DNA from: Bugula neritina
Lineage: Eukaryota; Animalia; Bryozoa
DNA: 64,000 nucleotides
Reading direction: 5' to 3'
Assembly: GCA_964035545.1 (NCBI GenBank)
Contig: OZ037767.1
Span: 9,806,581-9,870,580 of the forward strand
The notes beneath the pieces were generated by a model. It was given only the letters and a program-made list of their open reading frames with translations, did not search any database and was not told the DNA's origin. How positions within the stretch are numbered: position 1 is the stretch's first letter; each line of letters begins with the position of its first letter. The translations under genes were made by a program, and so were the position numbers. Positions 49,101 to 62,200 of this stretch are shown piece by piece.

Positions 49101-50292
49101 CTCTTCCCCTACTTCTTCACTAGTCAGTCTCCCCTTCTGTACAACTACCTGCCTGCGCTGGTATTTGCGTACATCACCTTCGGCTACTTGGTCAACCATG
49201 TCACTCAATCTGTTCAAAGGTAGGCAGAAATTTCGGCTTTAGTTAGTTTGGGTTTCTAAGTCTGAGAAGTTGAAAAACTTTTGGCTTCATTTCAAAAACC
49301 CATCATATTTTTTCTCTTGAAGATTTGATGAAAGTTTAGAGTATATACTAGATCATCTCTATCTAGCATGTGGCCCTTGGGGTAAATTGCCCCCTCCCCT
49401 CACAATTATTTTCCACAACTTTGCACAATAAGATGAAACTACATCACATATTATAAAACAATTCATCTTTCATAGCTATTGAAAGTATTTTCATGAGCTT
49501 TGCTATTAAAATATAGATCGTTATATTTTAGCTGGTGATTTTTTTTATTTTATCACTTGAAAGTTGGGATGCCTAAAGTTTATAGACCTGCGGTTGTACG
49601 ATACTCTTTTACACCAATACCAAGCTTGAGCTTTAATTATTTTAAGTAATACAAAGTGATAGTCTTTCCAATTTTAATTAGCGTAATGCGTTATGCTCTG
49701 TTCGAATGTGTTTCTTCCGTATAGAATAACGAAAATAGTTAAAAGAAGGTGTCCTGGAAACACCGTTCAACTTCACTTCATGCAATCACATGACATCATG
49801 AACTATTTATAGAATACTTGCATAGCAGAACACATTTTATATAATATTGTCTTTTGTTTTTATAGTGCTTATATCTTAATGCTAGGTAAAGTCAAATGAT
49901 ATAGAAAAGTGTGAGATGACGAACGGTCTTTAACATAGTCGAAACACATTAAATTATTAGACGCAAAAGATGCTAAAACATTGACTCATACAACTGTATG
50001 CAAATGAAATGACTTGTTTGGTGTTCTGCATTGTCTCTATTGTTGAAAGCACTTTTAGCAATTATTTTGTTGTTTATTCAGTAGACACTATTGATATATT
50101 TCACTGTGTTTCAGCAGTCGCTGGACCAGGATTCTGTTCTACATGATCCTGCTGCAAGTTGTGTGCACATCCTTCATCTTCACACTCTGGATATCTCCAC
50201 TTATTTATGGCTCCACAGACACCTCACAACTGGTTCTCATTAACAGACTTCAGCATCTGTTTGGTTGGAGGTTTAGTTTGAACCAGAATTGA
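40159..50292 (+). CDS. POMT1: Protein O-mannosyltransferase 1 (PMT, MIR and C-terminal transmembrane domains), about 777 aa
   Basis: Eighteen coding exons: 40159-40248, 40706-40929, 41847-41950, 42666-42719, 42953-43099, 43403-43571, 44144-44237, 44809-44967, 45277-45392, 45470-45576, 46340-46424, 46763-46859, 47097-47189, 47815-48006, 48277-48393, 48754-48895 (GC donor), 49054-49219, 50115-50292 (2334 nt). Motifs: IVFDE, CWLHS, the POMT1-type [20 protein letters not shown]...[29 protein letters not shown]. The first two exons are least certain. Confidence 0.92.
42745..42870. repeat. 15-bp minisatellite (atcaacatgtgtact) in POMT1 intron 4
   Basis: About 8 tandem units, visible as INMCT/HMLIV repeats in spurious ORFs. 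Confidence 0.92.
44280..44765. repeat. Degenerate atatcatagtatatt-type satellite in POMT1 intron 7
   Basis: Recurrent tcatagtat/tcacagtat words about every 18 bp. Confidence 0.7.
44983..45152. repeat. 18-bp minisatellite (gtggttctacgtgtagta) x9 at the start of POMT1 intron 8
   Basis: Near-perfect tandem units that produce the spurious VVVVLR ORF. Confidence 0.96.
46885..47070. repeat. About 27-bp minisatellite (ctaacacatgtacttagtatacactgt) x7 in POMT1 intron 12
   Basis: Tandem units fill most of the 237-bp intron. Confidence 0.9.
47505..47700 (-). mobile_element. tRNA-derived SINE (family copy 2)
   Basis: Shares caattatgactg...cctaacatcaccaatggcc...cgaacc...ttgtgtttactaag with 29225-29427. 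Confidence 0.8.
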
Positions 50293-50312
50293 TTTTATAA
50301 CTAATCTACTTA

Positions 50313-50462
50313 TGGTGGGAGGTTGGACCGTTTTGTAATAGTGTTGGTGGGAGGTTGGAGCGTTTGGTGGTAGTGTTGGTGGGAGGTTTGGTGGTAGTGT
50401 TGGTAGGAGGTCTGGTGGAAGTGTTGGTCGGAGGTTTGGTGGTAGTGTTGGTGGTGGAAGGT
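50313..50462. repeat. G-rich 24-bp minisatellite (ggtgggaggtttggtggtagtgtt) just after the POMT1 stop codon
   Basis: About 6 degenerate units that give the spurious HQHYHQTS ORF on the minus strand. Confidence 0.85.
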
Positions 50463-51794
50463 CTTTTTCTCATATATCAGACCACCCAGGTGTTCACCCA
50501 CTTCTTGTTCTCAGTATGAGTCATCCACATTTGATGTCATGTGACATTGTCTAATGCATACTTAACCGTGGAAGCTAGGTGCTAATCTTGTCTTCTAATA
50601 TATTACCTGTTTAAAAACCTTTTGAGGTTTAAATTCTCACCCTATGTTAGTTTGGTACTAAGGTTGGAACAGTTCATGTAAATTATGACTTGGTGCAGTC
50701 TGCAGGCAATTTAGTCAACTCACCTGAAATATTTGTTAGAAACTGATGTTATTTGCTTTTAAATTCTAGTCTATACAGCCTGCACTTGTAAATTACTGGT
50801 ATCAAATGTGCTATTTGAACTCAGGATATTGTTAATATGTAAATATTGAACTTTCTTCTCTGTAATTTGATTTGCCGAAGCTAATAAAAGGACTAGCTGC
50901 AATTTCAACACACTTCTGCTGCAATGTACATTTGTATATATATTTTGCTATACTGAAATATTTTATCCTGTTTTTATACTTTTGTCTTTGCAGTGTATAA
51001 GCAATTCTTGTTGATTTTTGTTATATATTATATATAGATATTGTATTTTATATTTTTGAATCACCCATTGAAACATTTTATAAACATGTGACATAAACCA
51101 TCAAAGTATGGCAATTGCTAGCTTATAGTTCACCACAGGTAAAAAATAAATCTTCAATAGTTTAACCTTTTCTTGATTAACAATAGAATGAATGATATTT
51201 ACAAAGCAGTGCAAGTTTCCCTTTACAAATCCCCTGTTGGTGTGGTATTTCTCTTTAGATCAGACATTAGTATATTACCTGCATCTGCACTAACAGGTTT
51301 TAAAATGGCACAGTTCGCCTGGAGACTCTCAGCTGCTCATTGATTGCTTGGATAGATAAGCTAGTTTCATTGACTTTGGCAGTTCATTTTATAAATGCAG
51401 CAGCAAGCTTTTTAACACTATTAGCAGATTATGATGCCTATTTTGGTAATGACAAAACATTGATTTTTCAACGTATTTGCTAACATTTAGACGCTCAAGA
51501 TAAACTTATTGGTTGTCTTGTGATTATGTCATCAGCATTGTGTCTACTGAACCTATCTCAGCTAGTATGAAGAAGCATATTTGAGCTTTCAAGAGTTTAC
51601 AGCATTTCTATGTCCTATTTACCTGCACATTCCTATCTGGTCACATGAGCTTTATGGGTAGATGAGAAAAATATTTTTAGAAAAATGTAAGTGAAATGAA
51701 TTATTGAATATTTCAAGGAAAGAATATCTGGTGATCTAATTTACTAGGAGGTCATATTTGTAGGTACTTTTAAACACTGAAAATAATGTATCCT

Positions 51795-51972
51795 GTACCA
51801 AGTACAACTTGCCACATTGTAAAGCATACCAAGTACAACTTGCCATAAGCTACATCAATTACAACTTATCATAAGATATACCAAGTACAACTTGCCACAA
51901 GGTAAAAGTGTACCAAGTACAACTTGTCATAAGATATACTAAGTACAACTTATACAACGTAAAGTCATGCCA
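51795..51972. repeat. Degenerate minisatellite (taccaagtacaacttgcca...) between POMT1 and CELF
   Basis: About 6-7 recurrences of aagtacaactt with variable spacing. Confidence 0.8.
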
Positions 51973-52884
51973 AATGCTGTAAAATAGTTGCAGTAGTTAA
52001 CAAAATCCTCAAAGTAGAATACCAACTTTTAAACTGCAACAATCTTTGTGGTAATGATAATGTCTGCAATGAAAGCAACTTGAGATCTCTACTGTCCAAG
52101 TATATTATATAATTCCAGCTGAATGGTTATCGTATAATGTTTTGCTGCTATAAATAAAATAGTGGTGTAGGTAAACAACTGAAGGTAACATTAACTATAA
52201 TACTTACTAGAGTTACATAGTACATGGGCATAGCAGCTCACACTTTGATCATATGACACAGGAGACAGGGATAAGGAGCAGATGATGCTTCTTATAACTT
52301 CTTAAGATGTAAATGCTTCCCATTCAGGTGCAAGAGTGAAAAATTTTTAATGCCATAGGTTTTTTTAATTTTCCTAATAAATTTTGGTTTGGGGAGTTGG
52401 TTGAAATTCTCCAAAAAAAATAGCAATTTTTAATTTCGAACACAGGCTTTTCTCAATTTTTTCATTACTGCACCTACCTCCTTATTCAGCAATGTCCAGG
52501 TCTGGGCTTTGTATGGCTGGTGGTTGAAGAAAAAGTGCGAAGTTTTACATTATAGTTTTTATGGGCCAATGCTATTTATAAAAATACATGAATTATTTTA
52601 GTGCAAACATTTTATTCTAGACAACTCAGCACTTCAGACATCTTTTACTCAACTTTCAAAGTGCATTTTCGCCACTGTGTAACTGATTAGCTCGTATGCT
52701 TGCTTAAAATATTAACAAGATAGCAGTCCTATTCGTATGTTTATTAAATTTTATAGATTTATATTTCACTTCGCAGTATCTTTTCAACTTCTAAGAATTG
52801 AGTTTACTTTAAAACTGCAGTACATTATTATTTTATAATTTAGTATATTGATCAGTTGGGTTGTCTTTCAGCAGAACATAATTA

Positions 52885-53043
52885 GTTGCATTGAAGGAGT
52901 TGAAACTTTCCAGACAGCTCCTTTGCCTAGCCTAGGTCATGTCTGGTTAAATAAAAAAGGTTTACAACTTTGAATGGCAGTCAATTTAATGCAACGTTGC
53001 AATGTCTTTCTCCACTATAATTAATATCTTACGACTAGTATAT
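52885..53043 (+). repeat. Dispersed repeat of about 160 bp, inverted partner of 57700-57862
   Basis: gttgaaactttccagacagct...gtcatgtctggttaaataaaaaaggtttacaactttgaatggcagtcaatttaatgcaac is the reverse complement of the 57700-57862 sequence. Confidence 0.88.
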
Positions 53044-53104
53044 ACAAATAGACTAATCATAATCCTTCATATATTTTGTCGATGTTCAACGAATGAACTC
53101 GAAT

Positions 53105-53280
53105 GGGTTTATAGTCACTATTACTGCGAGAAACCTTGATGGACAGGTTTTTTAGAGGCTATGAACTTGTTTTCTATTGTGGCAAAAGTACAATTATGAC
53201 TGCTCTTATTAACATTACCAATGGCCAACTCAAACCACTGACCTTGTGTTTACTAAGCCAGTGCCCTAGCCTCTAACCAA
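53105..53280 (-). mobile_element. tRNA-derived SINE (family copy 3, degraded)
   Basis: gtttatagtcacta...caattatgactg...aacattaccaatggcc...accactgaccttgtgtttactaagcc. Confidence 0.75.
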
Positions 53281-54119
53281 TGAAGTCTAGAGTCTAGAGT
53301 CTAGACCATGCAATATAAGCATTAACATGTTACAGCCCGCAACAACATTAGCTCATTGTAAAATAATCGTTGATATTATATAATATACTCTTCAATATTA
53401 TATAAATTAAATGACTACCATCACTGTTGCCTCTGTTTTTTATCAGTAAATAAGCTCTACAAAAAAATTTCATTTAAAAACAATTTGGAGAGAATTAATT
53501 TGACAATATATAGTGGGTTTGATCATCTTACAGTATTTCGTAAGAAAAAAGTTCAATTTTTATAACAAAAAATGTTATAGACTTGCACTTGCTTCGATAA
53601 AATAATTTTCTTTTGCATTACATGCTTTGAATTAAAAAGCTTTGTTATATATAATTGTTTAAACAGACATTTCAATTAAACAGAAAATTAATCAACTAGA
53701 AGTCATAGCTTCTGTAGACTTACTCCAGCTTTAAATTTGAGACTTGCAACTTTTATCCTTTTATAATACACAGTATATAATACATATTCACATATAGCTG
53801 TGTTACCATTTTCACAAGCAACTGTGTAGAATTAAATCAATACGCTTCATTTCCTGATTTGTTGCTGCTTCATGAAACTAACTAAATACGACCTCTATAA
53901 AATACACTTGCAATTATTGATGTTTAAAATCAGTTTTCAGTGTGCATCAGCATATAATTGAGTATATGTATTATATATATTGAGAGAAGACATCACTAAC
54001 CTTTCACTAGTGTTTTAATTTCTCTCGTCACATGTTGTTGGGCTAGTAGTTCTGTAGATCTCTTGTAGTCAGCTTGTTTTAGTTACTGTTACAGATTTTT
54101 ACAAGAAACATTTACTATT

Positions 54120-57100
54120 ATGCAACTTTTAAACATAACTTCTTCAACGAACCCCAGCACAGCCGACATGCAACCTCCACCACTGACTAGTGAGGCGCCT
54201 CTTGATGCAGATTTATGCTCAGGTAAAAGTACCCATCCCAGATTAACATACAATAATAGTTTTTGCCGTATATACACAAATAGTTTTGTTTTTTTTATCT
54301 AAGCCAAGTGTTGTAGTAATGTAAAATGCATTGTGTGTTTCAGCTATAATAATGTATATATTGTAGTAATATCGAATTCATATATCCTGCCATATTGTGC
54401 ATGGCTTATTGGTTGCTGCTTTCTTATTATGTAAAGATACGTACATGTTTTTCAGTAAACTGGTTGTGTGTTTTAAAATTCAAAATATTATTGCATCGTG
54501 ATGTAAAATGCTTACATGCAAGCTGTATTACAAAGTATTTATATACTATATACTATGGTATTATATTAAACTGCTGAGCAATTACTTTTAATATTCTGTA
54601 ATGAACAGTTTTCATTTGTATAGAATGCTGCACAGCATCAATTGTGAGTTTGTAATCAACATCAAAGAACTAAAAACTTTTGAAACTTGAGCAAAGTTAA
54701 ATGAAAATTAAATTTATTTTAGCTCTATTTTCTTGTAAATTAATTGAAATGCTAATTGGAAGTGTTTATATAATTGCAAGCTTTTAGCTGTATATATTTA
54801 ATGTATTTTATTGTATTCTTTTTAGCTGGGGGACAAAATGCTTCTTCCAGATACCCAGTCCGTCTGCTTCCTAAAAAAGATGCAGACGCCATAAAACTCT
54901 TTGTCGGTCAAATTCCTCGTGTTATGGAAGAGAAAGACCTCCGACCCATGTTTGAGCCTTTTGGTACCATCTATGAGTTTACTATACTTAAAGACAGGAT
55001 AACAGGCATCCATAAAGGTATGAGAAAGATTGCAGAAAATTACCGGCTTGTACCACCCCCACCCCCCCCCCCCCTTAGAAACTATGACAAGACACAATTT
55101 ATGGCTAAATTTATTTTAAGATCAACAGCCAATATTAGTTAATAATTTTCTAATTCTACCTCATAGTTTAACTAGCTGACTGTTAGGTTGTAAAGTGTGA
55201 CTCAACAATGTCCCAATGAGCAGCTCAGTTTCGTATGGACGTTGAACCAGACTATAATGTACTAATAATCAGTCCATAACTGAAAAATGCAGTTGACGTA
55301 GACTTTGCTATGCAATTAGCTAATGATAAATCGAGTGGAAAGATACAATGTTGAGACTATTACAAAGTTTGTAAAATAATGGAAAAGTTAATTATCATCG
55401 ATTTAGGAAACAAAGCCCATGAATTCATTTTGTAAAAAATGTTTTAAAACTACACTATTTGGTCAGCTGCAACTTCTGTAGCAATCCATGGTGCATAATC
55501 CAAGTTAATTTAGAGAATAAAAGAACAGTTGGGTTTGCAAGTTCAGAACCATGTTACAACACATTTCTAAAATACTACAAAAATATATTTAGCACCAATG
55601 TCTTACTTTCAAGCCATTTAATGAAAATATTTAATAACCATGACACAAGATTGATCATTTTGCTGGTTACACATGTGGAGATAACTGTGATATTTACATA
55701 CAAGTTAATCACCCAAGAATAAATGTTTATGAAGAACTGCACTATAAATATCACACTAGGCATGGTCACCAAAAAACAACTATTCCTAATATTATTACAG
55801 TTCATGTTGAAAATCAGAACTTTTTTACTATAATGGAAACTCTGTATAACAGTGTGTTAGTTTGAATTGAAGGTTTGATTTACTATCTATAAGCAAAAAT
55901 TATCTGTAAAATTGTAACCTACTGGAACTTCTTGTTTTCCTCTGTTGAACATGTTTGTTAGTATAAGTTGTAAAGTGGTGTAATATGGTGACCAAAATTC
56001 CTAATTCACATCAAAAAATTGCACGGTTCTTTATTTCAATTTTCATTTTGTATTTGTATCAGCTAAAAAGTCGCAATTTGATTTAATTTAGCAGTTGTTA
56101 AATTGAAATTGGTTCTAAATTAGTGCCTCAAATAGTTTTTTGTTAGAATATAATTATTATTTACAAAAATGATGTGTAAATCACTTATATTCAGTTTATA
56201 AGGGCGAACTTACCAATTATAGCCTCTCAGCCTATTTTCATATGATCTAATTTCTAGAACGTCTATCTTTCTAGCATAATCATAAAGCCCCTGGCTATGA
56301 TATAAGTTAGTATTAAAAATTTTACTCACAAAATATTTCAATCTCTGTTTTCAAAAACAATTATTCAACTATTACAAATACAACTAAGATAATGTAAATA
56401 GCAAGTTGTTAGTATGGTAGGCAACACACAGCATGTGCTTGTGGTATGTTTCAAGGTTGTGCTTTCCTCACTTACTGTACAAAGGTCAGTGCAGTGGCAG
56501 CCCAAGAAGCTTTGCATGACAAGACTGCTCTAAGAGGGGTAAGCATCTTTTATAATGTGTGCTTATATGTCTGCTAATTATACATTTATGTATGTGCTTA
56601 TGTGTGCTTATATGTGTGCTTGTATGAGCACATATGTATATGTGCTTATCTATGTATGTATGTATGTACCTACAGTATATATATATATATGTGTGCGTGT
56701 GTGCGTGTGCATGTCTGCTTATTTCTGAGTTCTACACTTTGCATTCCATACTTTCAACTTACTGTAAGTTATGGTTTTCTTCGTGTGATGTCATATGTAG
56801 AACTGAAAGGATATGACATCAACATTAGCTTGACCAAAGTTCTCACCATGCTGTGTGCAGACTGCATAAAATCCTCCAAAAATAATACATTATGTTGGGT
56901 AGTTTTACTAATATAACAAATATAAAAAATGATCAGTAAAAAATTTATTTTATCAATTTTTAAAATTCAAGTTTTTCAATAATTATTCTTCTATTAGCAA
57001 CAATTATTGCAGACATCAGTGCAAGTATGTCTAGAGATAATATCAAGTCTATCAACAGCAGCTTTTATAAAGCTATTATTTCATATGCCACTTTTTATAC

Positions 57101-58944
57101 AAGTTCGTAACACTTCAAAACTCTTATCTCGGCTTTTAGACAAAAGAGTAACTCTCTAGTGCATGCATTCAGAGTGATTCTGTTTCCTTTTGTCTTAGTA
57201 ACTGGTCGTCAGGAAATTGAAGTGAGGCTATTCCGCTTGCTCCATCCTCTGCATTTGACTACTAATCAATTTTTTTACAACTTGATGCTCTTTCATTAAA
57301 TTTCAAGCTTGTTTCACTTGTTAAGTTTTACACCATGAGTAAATTGAAACATGAAGTTTGAGCTTTAAGCAAACTGAGTGCATCAAGCACCTTGTTCCTG
57401 TTGTCAGTTTACAAAGTAATCTCAGCCCTTGAAAATCTGTGAAACTTACAACAAAGGGAAAACTCGTAAACACATGTAATGCAGATTGTACAAAATTCAA
57501 ATAAACCTGTAAGCTTACATTTGCTACTAGCTTATTGTAAAGTAGCATGCACATAGGCATATACACAGCAAAAGCTACTAAGAATTTGTAATGACTTCTG
57601 TGCATGCAACAATTTTGTGGGCTGTAATGTGTTAATGTTTATCGCATAGAACAGCGTATCAGGCAGCTAGTAGTGTGCTATGATAGTTGTGTTCCCTTTA
57701 TATGCTAGTCTGCAAGATATTAATTATAGTGAAGAAAGGCATTGCAATGTTGCATTAAATTGACTGCCATTCAAAGTTGTAAACCTTTTTTTTTATTTAA
57801 CCAGACATGACCTCGGTTAGGCAAAGAAGCTGTCTGGAAAGTTTCAACTCTTTCAATGTACATGTTCCATGCAACATACACTAAAAGGTTTTTAAAAAAA
57901 GAATTTTAAATAGTGCAATATAATCGGAGTATTGTATTATGTAGTTGCTAAAATAAGGCTTTAGATTTGTCTTCTCTTTACTGTTACAAAATAATTATAC
58001 AAGATTTTCCAAGACCTTAAAGAAAAGTTAGTCTTATAGTCTCACAGGGTACTTGCTCTGTTAACTGAACTAGAATTAGCATAGTTACAGTTGGAAAGTC
58101 CCTTTGCTGCATATGGAATTGCATAAACTAAACCCTAAACACTCAAATAAAACGGCGGTTATAGGTATGCAAAAAGAAGTGTACTATAATTTTATCCGTT
58201 TGCATGCATTTCCATTGCTTACTATTTTTTGATCACATTAGTCATAAAATGCATTATAAATGTTTACAACTTCTATCAAATGTGTATATTAAATGTTTGC
58301 CATTCTATAGACATTAGTCTCAAATGTTTAAATGGAATCCATTAGGATGATTATAAAATTAGCCAACACCTTTTAGAATCCTCACTGTAGTTCAGCTGAT
58401 ATAAACTAATAAACTCATTCACCAGCAAAAGCAGTTGCTGCATAAAACAGAACATATTAGAACTATTGCTTAAGCTGTAAATTATAAACCTATATATTGT
58501 ACACTCCACCACCTTTAAGCATTTAATTTACAGTCTAAATTAACTTTAAATTAAATACTAAATCATCGTGAGCTCCTACTATAACATAAAGATTGTCTTT
58601 GCATGCCAAAAGATGTTGATTCATAATTGGTTGTGTTTAGAAAATATATAATAAGCTGCTATTCTCAGTGCTGTACATGTTATTTATTTATAAATAGATC
58701 TAATATATACATTATATATGATTATAACTATAGTTTAAACTATAACCACTCTATTTTATCTAAGCTATATATACAACTAAAAATTATTATCACTTTTAGT
58801 AAAATATAATCAATTTATTATTCTCCAGTTAAACAATAATTTGATGCAATGAATTAAATTATATAGACTCTCTATTTACAACCCTGTTTCTGTAGATGAC
58901 AAGGAAGATGCAAGTAAAGCCTGCAGATACAGAAAATAAAGAAG
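54120..58944 (+). CDS. CUGBP Elav-like family RNA-binding protein (CELF3-6/bruno-3 type), 5' part encoding RRM1; gene continues beyond the window
   Basis: Exons 54120-54222, 54826-55017, 56456-56538 and 58896-58944 give ...[55 protein letters not shown]...[40 protein letters not shown] and KGCAFLTYC are typical of CELF3-6 RRM1. The start codon could be 54120 or 54168. Confidence 0.92.
57700..57862 (-). repeat. Dispersed repeat of about 160 bp, inverted partner of 52885-53043 (CELF intron 3)
   Basis: Reverse-complement match to 52885-53043. Confidence 0.88.
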
Positions 58945-59052
58945 GTATAGTACTAGATGTATTATATAAATCACATATGATTATGTATAATATTTATACA
59001 GTTATGCTGTATATAAAGTATGCATAGAGTAGACGGTAAAGTGTATATAGAG

Positions 59053-59258
59053 AGCAGCCTTGGCTTAAGAGTTAGAGCACTGGCTTTGTAAACACAAGAT
59101 TAGTGGTTCGAATCTTAGAAAAGGCCATTGGTGAGGTTAAGAGGAGCATCCAGTCATAATTGCTTTGTGTCTTTTATTAACAAGTCTTTAGCCCGTTTTA
59201 AAAACCTTTCCTTTTGCGGATTCTCACAGGGATGTCACCTATAAATCTGCGTGAGTTT
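59053..59258 (+). mobile_element. tRNA-derived SINE (family copy 4)
   Basis: agcagccttggcttaagagttagagcactggc...GGTTCGAATC (B box)...ggccattggtgaggttaagaggagcatccagtcataatt. Confidence 0.85.
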
Positions 59259-62200
59259 TTGTATAGTGTATATGATAGAAATAGTAATAAAATATACATA
59301 GAATAATAAAATAAATCATAAATATAAGTCTAGTCGGCAGCTAGCATAATTAGCAAATCATGTTAACTATTTTGAAACTGTTTTAAAGCTAATTAACTCT
59401 ATGAGGCTTTTCATTATTGTTGAGGCAATTTAGCACAATCTCATGAAAATGACTCTAGGGTATATTTTTTTTTTCAAGTTACAAGATTAATGGAAAGACA
59501 ACTCACATACTAAATGTTTTTCAGAGAATTCTGCTATAGAAAACTTCGAACTTATTGAATCTACTTGGAACAAATAAACATGCATAAGAATAAACTCTAT
59601 TGTAGAGAAGTTCAACTATATCCTGTGTGCCCTTTAATAATACCTTTGCCTATAACTACTGTATAGCTGACTCTGCAAACAAGGCACATTTCATGGTGTA
59701 TAAACCAAATGCATGTGAGAATTAATAGGAAAGCTTTTAAAAGTGAAGAAACACTTGCAAGACATCACGGGTTTCAAATGAAACTATTAAGTCTAGCTTA
59801 GCTGGCAGTGACACTCTAATTTCGGCTTAAGATCTTACTGAAATGATAGTTATGTCTCATGGATATGTTATAAGCAGACTTTGTTTTATAAACTATTTTT
59901 TTCCTCGGGTTTACATATTATACACGATTACAGAACATGTGTTTGTTGAAAAATAATAACAAATATAGAATTAAAATGTAATGCATTAAATTATGGGCTT
60001 ATAGCACTATTATACACTACCTATGTAGCACTACTATACACTACCTATGTAGAAGTGTTTTATTCATCAAATGTCATTATTATTAGTTAAAATGATACAT
60101 AATTAGCCTAAGGTTTAAAAAAGCAATTGTTAAAAACATATAGTCAGCATTGATAGAAAATTTACATTGACAATAATGTTTTTATATAATTATGAAAACG
60201 TAGATATATTTCCACATAAGCAACTGACTTAGCAGGGAGTATAATACCTTATCTCCTATCCTAGCAAGTTAACTGTAGAAACTATATTAAATCTATTACG
60301 TATCCACCATATTAATAAAATGTGTAAAGTACTGCATGCAGTTAATTTTTTTGGTAGAGTTAGAAAAAGAGTTACAAAGGTAATTATTGTTTTTATAAAA
60401 TTTTGGACTGCCATGAGCCTTTAAATAGTAAAAACCTAAAAAAGTGTAAATGAATGGTGGCGTTGACCTTTAAGTTTATACCGGAGCACTCATCTAGAGT
60501 AATCGAGCTTTTTTAATGAATATGACGGTATCAATTTTATAAAACACAAAATTTCAATATAATATGCATGCAGCAGAAGACCAGAAATAACTCATAATAA
60601 CCTGTGTGTACGTGAGAAGTGCTGACCACCATTGAAAATTTTCTCGCTACACTAATATACAAATTTTATAAATAACAGCATATATAAGACTATATTGTAA
60701 GACTAGTGCAGCCATCATGAAGGTACATTAAGACACTTTGCATCAGATGTCATCTATTCAGAGAGGCACATGCGTAGGTTGTTTGAATTACAGGTGGAAG
60801 TGCATTTGACTCTAAATTCTCTGTTATTGTTTTAATCTGAATATTAGTTAGACACACAAACTTGGCTCATTGTAAACAATAAAGTGAGATGCAGTGTAAT
60901 AAGTATAAATATTTGCATTGAATAGTTTGTACCCCTTGTTCTTTATCTAGTGGGCAATGACTAAGATAATCAGGATGCTATGATGAACACATGTAAACAT
61001 ACACAGACATTTTCTGCACCTGCCCACACCCTTTTTTCTACTCTCTTTAAAAAAGACTTCTAATGCCAATTTCATACTAGTGTTATAAGAATGATAATTG
61101 TTATCATTAGTCATGTGCTGATAACATATTATTATAGTATATAATACATGCATTGTCATAACATGCTAACAGATACACATCTTAATGTTAGGATGTTGCT
61201 TTGTGTGCTAACTTTGTGCTATACTCACTTATATCAGTGTTAGTGAGTACAAAGCAGGTAGAATGTGGTTGCTATAGCAACAGTATACACCTGTCTCTTT
61301 ATTTTAGAGTTTAGACTATATGCTTGTATTATGTGCACGTGAACACACGGCTAGTGAAATGAGTCTAAGTTTTTACTTAGCACAGTAGTTTAGACAGGCT
61401 TTTCTTTCTAGCAAGACTTATCATGGTTAGAACTGACACTAGAAGTAAATAGAGTTTACAGTGCAAAAACCAGAATAAAATTAATTTAATAATCTGTATA
61501 CTAGTATAATAAATCTACATGCGTTAACGTTGCTGACTGGATATTTCAGAGCTCAACAGAAAATTGGGACTAAATATGAGCCAAATTTGAGTTGCCATGT
61601 GTTATTAAATATTTTCCCCTAAAGCAATACAGAAACATGCAGTGCTGGCAGCAGGAAATAGTCTAGTTTATTCTAAAAATTTGTACTGGGCATATATTGC
61701 AAGTCAGTAGACATTTATTTATAGACTCTGCAGACATGATATATATGATCATAGTTAGTAGTATGTAGTATTATGGGATAATTATATCTTCCATTTGAGT
61801 CATCATAAAGCAGGTGCAAGGTTTTGAAAACTGCATACAACAAATAAAGAAGAATATAACAATTCATAATTAATTTTTAATTGGCTAGAAAATGATTAAG
61901 CTTTGGGAGACTGGAATAGGTGTTTTGCAAGATCAAAGAATTACTCTTTGTAAGGAAAGGGTTGTATGCTCATCTTCAAAATGATTATTGTCCTTGACAC
62001 GCAAATCATAAATTATGACTTCACCAAAAAGCTCTCTAAAAACAGCACAGGTGTTGTGACAAGCCATTGCAGAGCTTTTGTTGTTGGCAGGAAAGAAGCA
62101 TAAACTTATTTTTTGATTAAAGTGTTCTGCCTTTTTAACAGTTAAACGACAATTTTGTAGTTACTTCAGGTACTTTTAAGTTAGAAATCTTACTTTTGTT

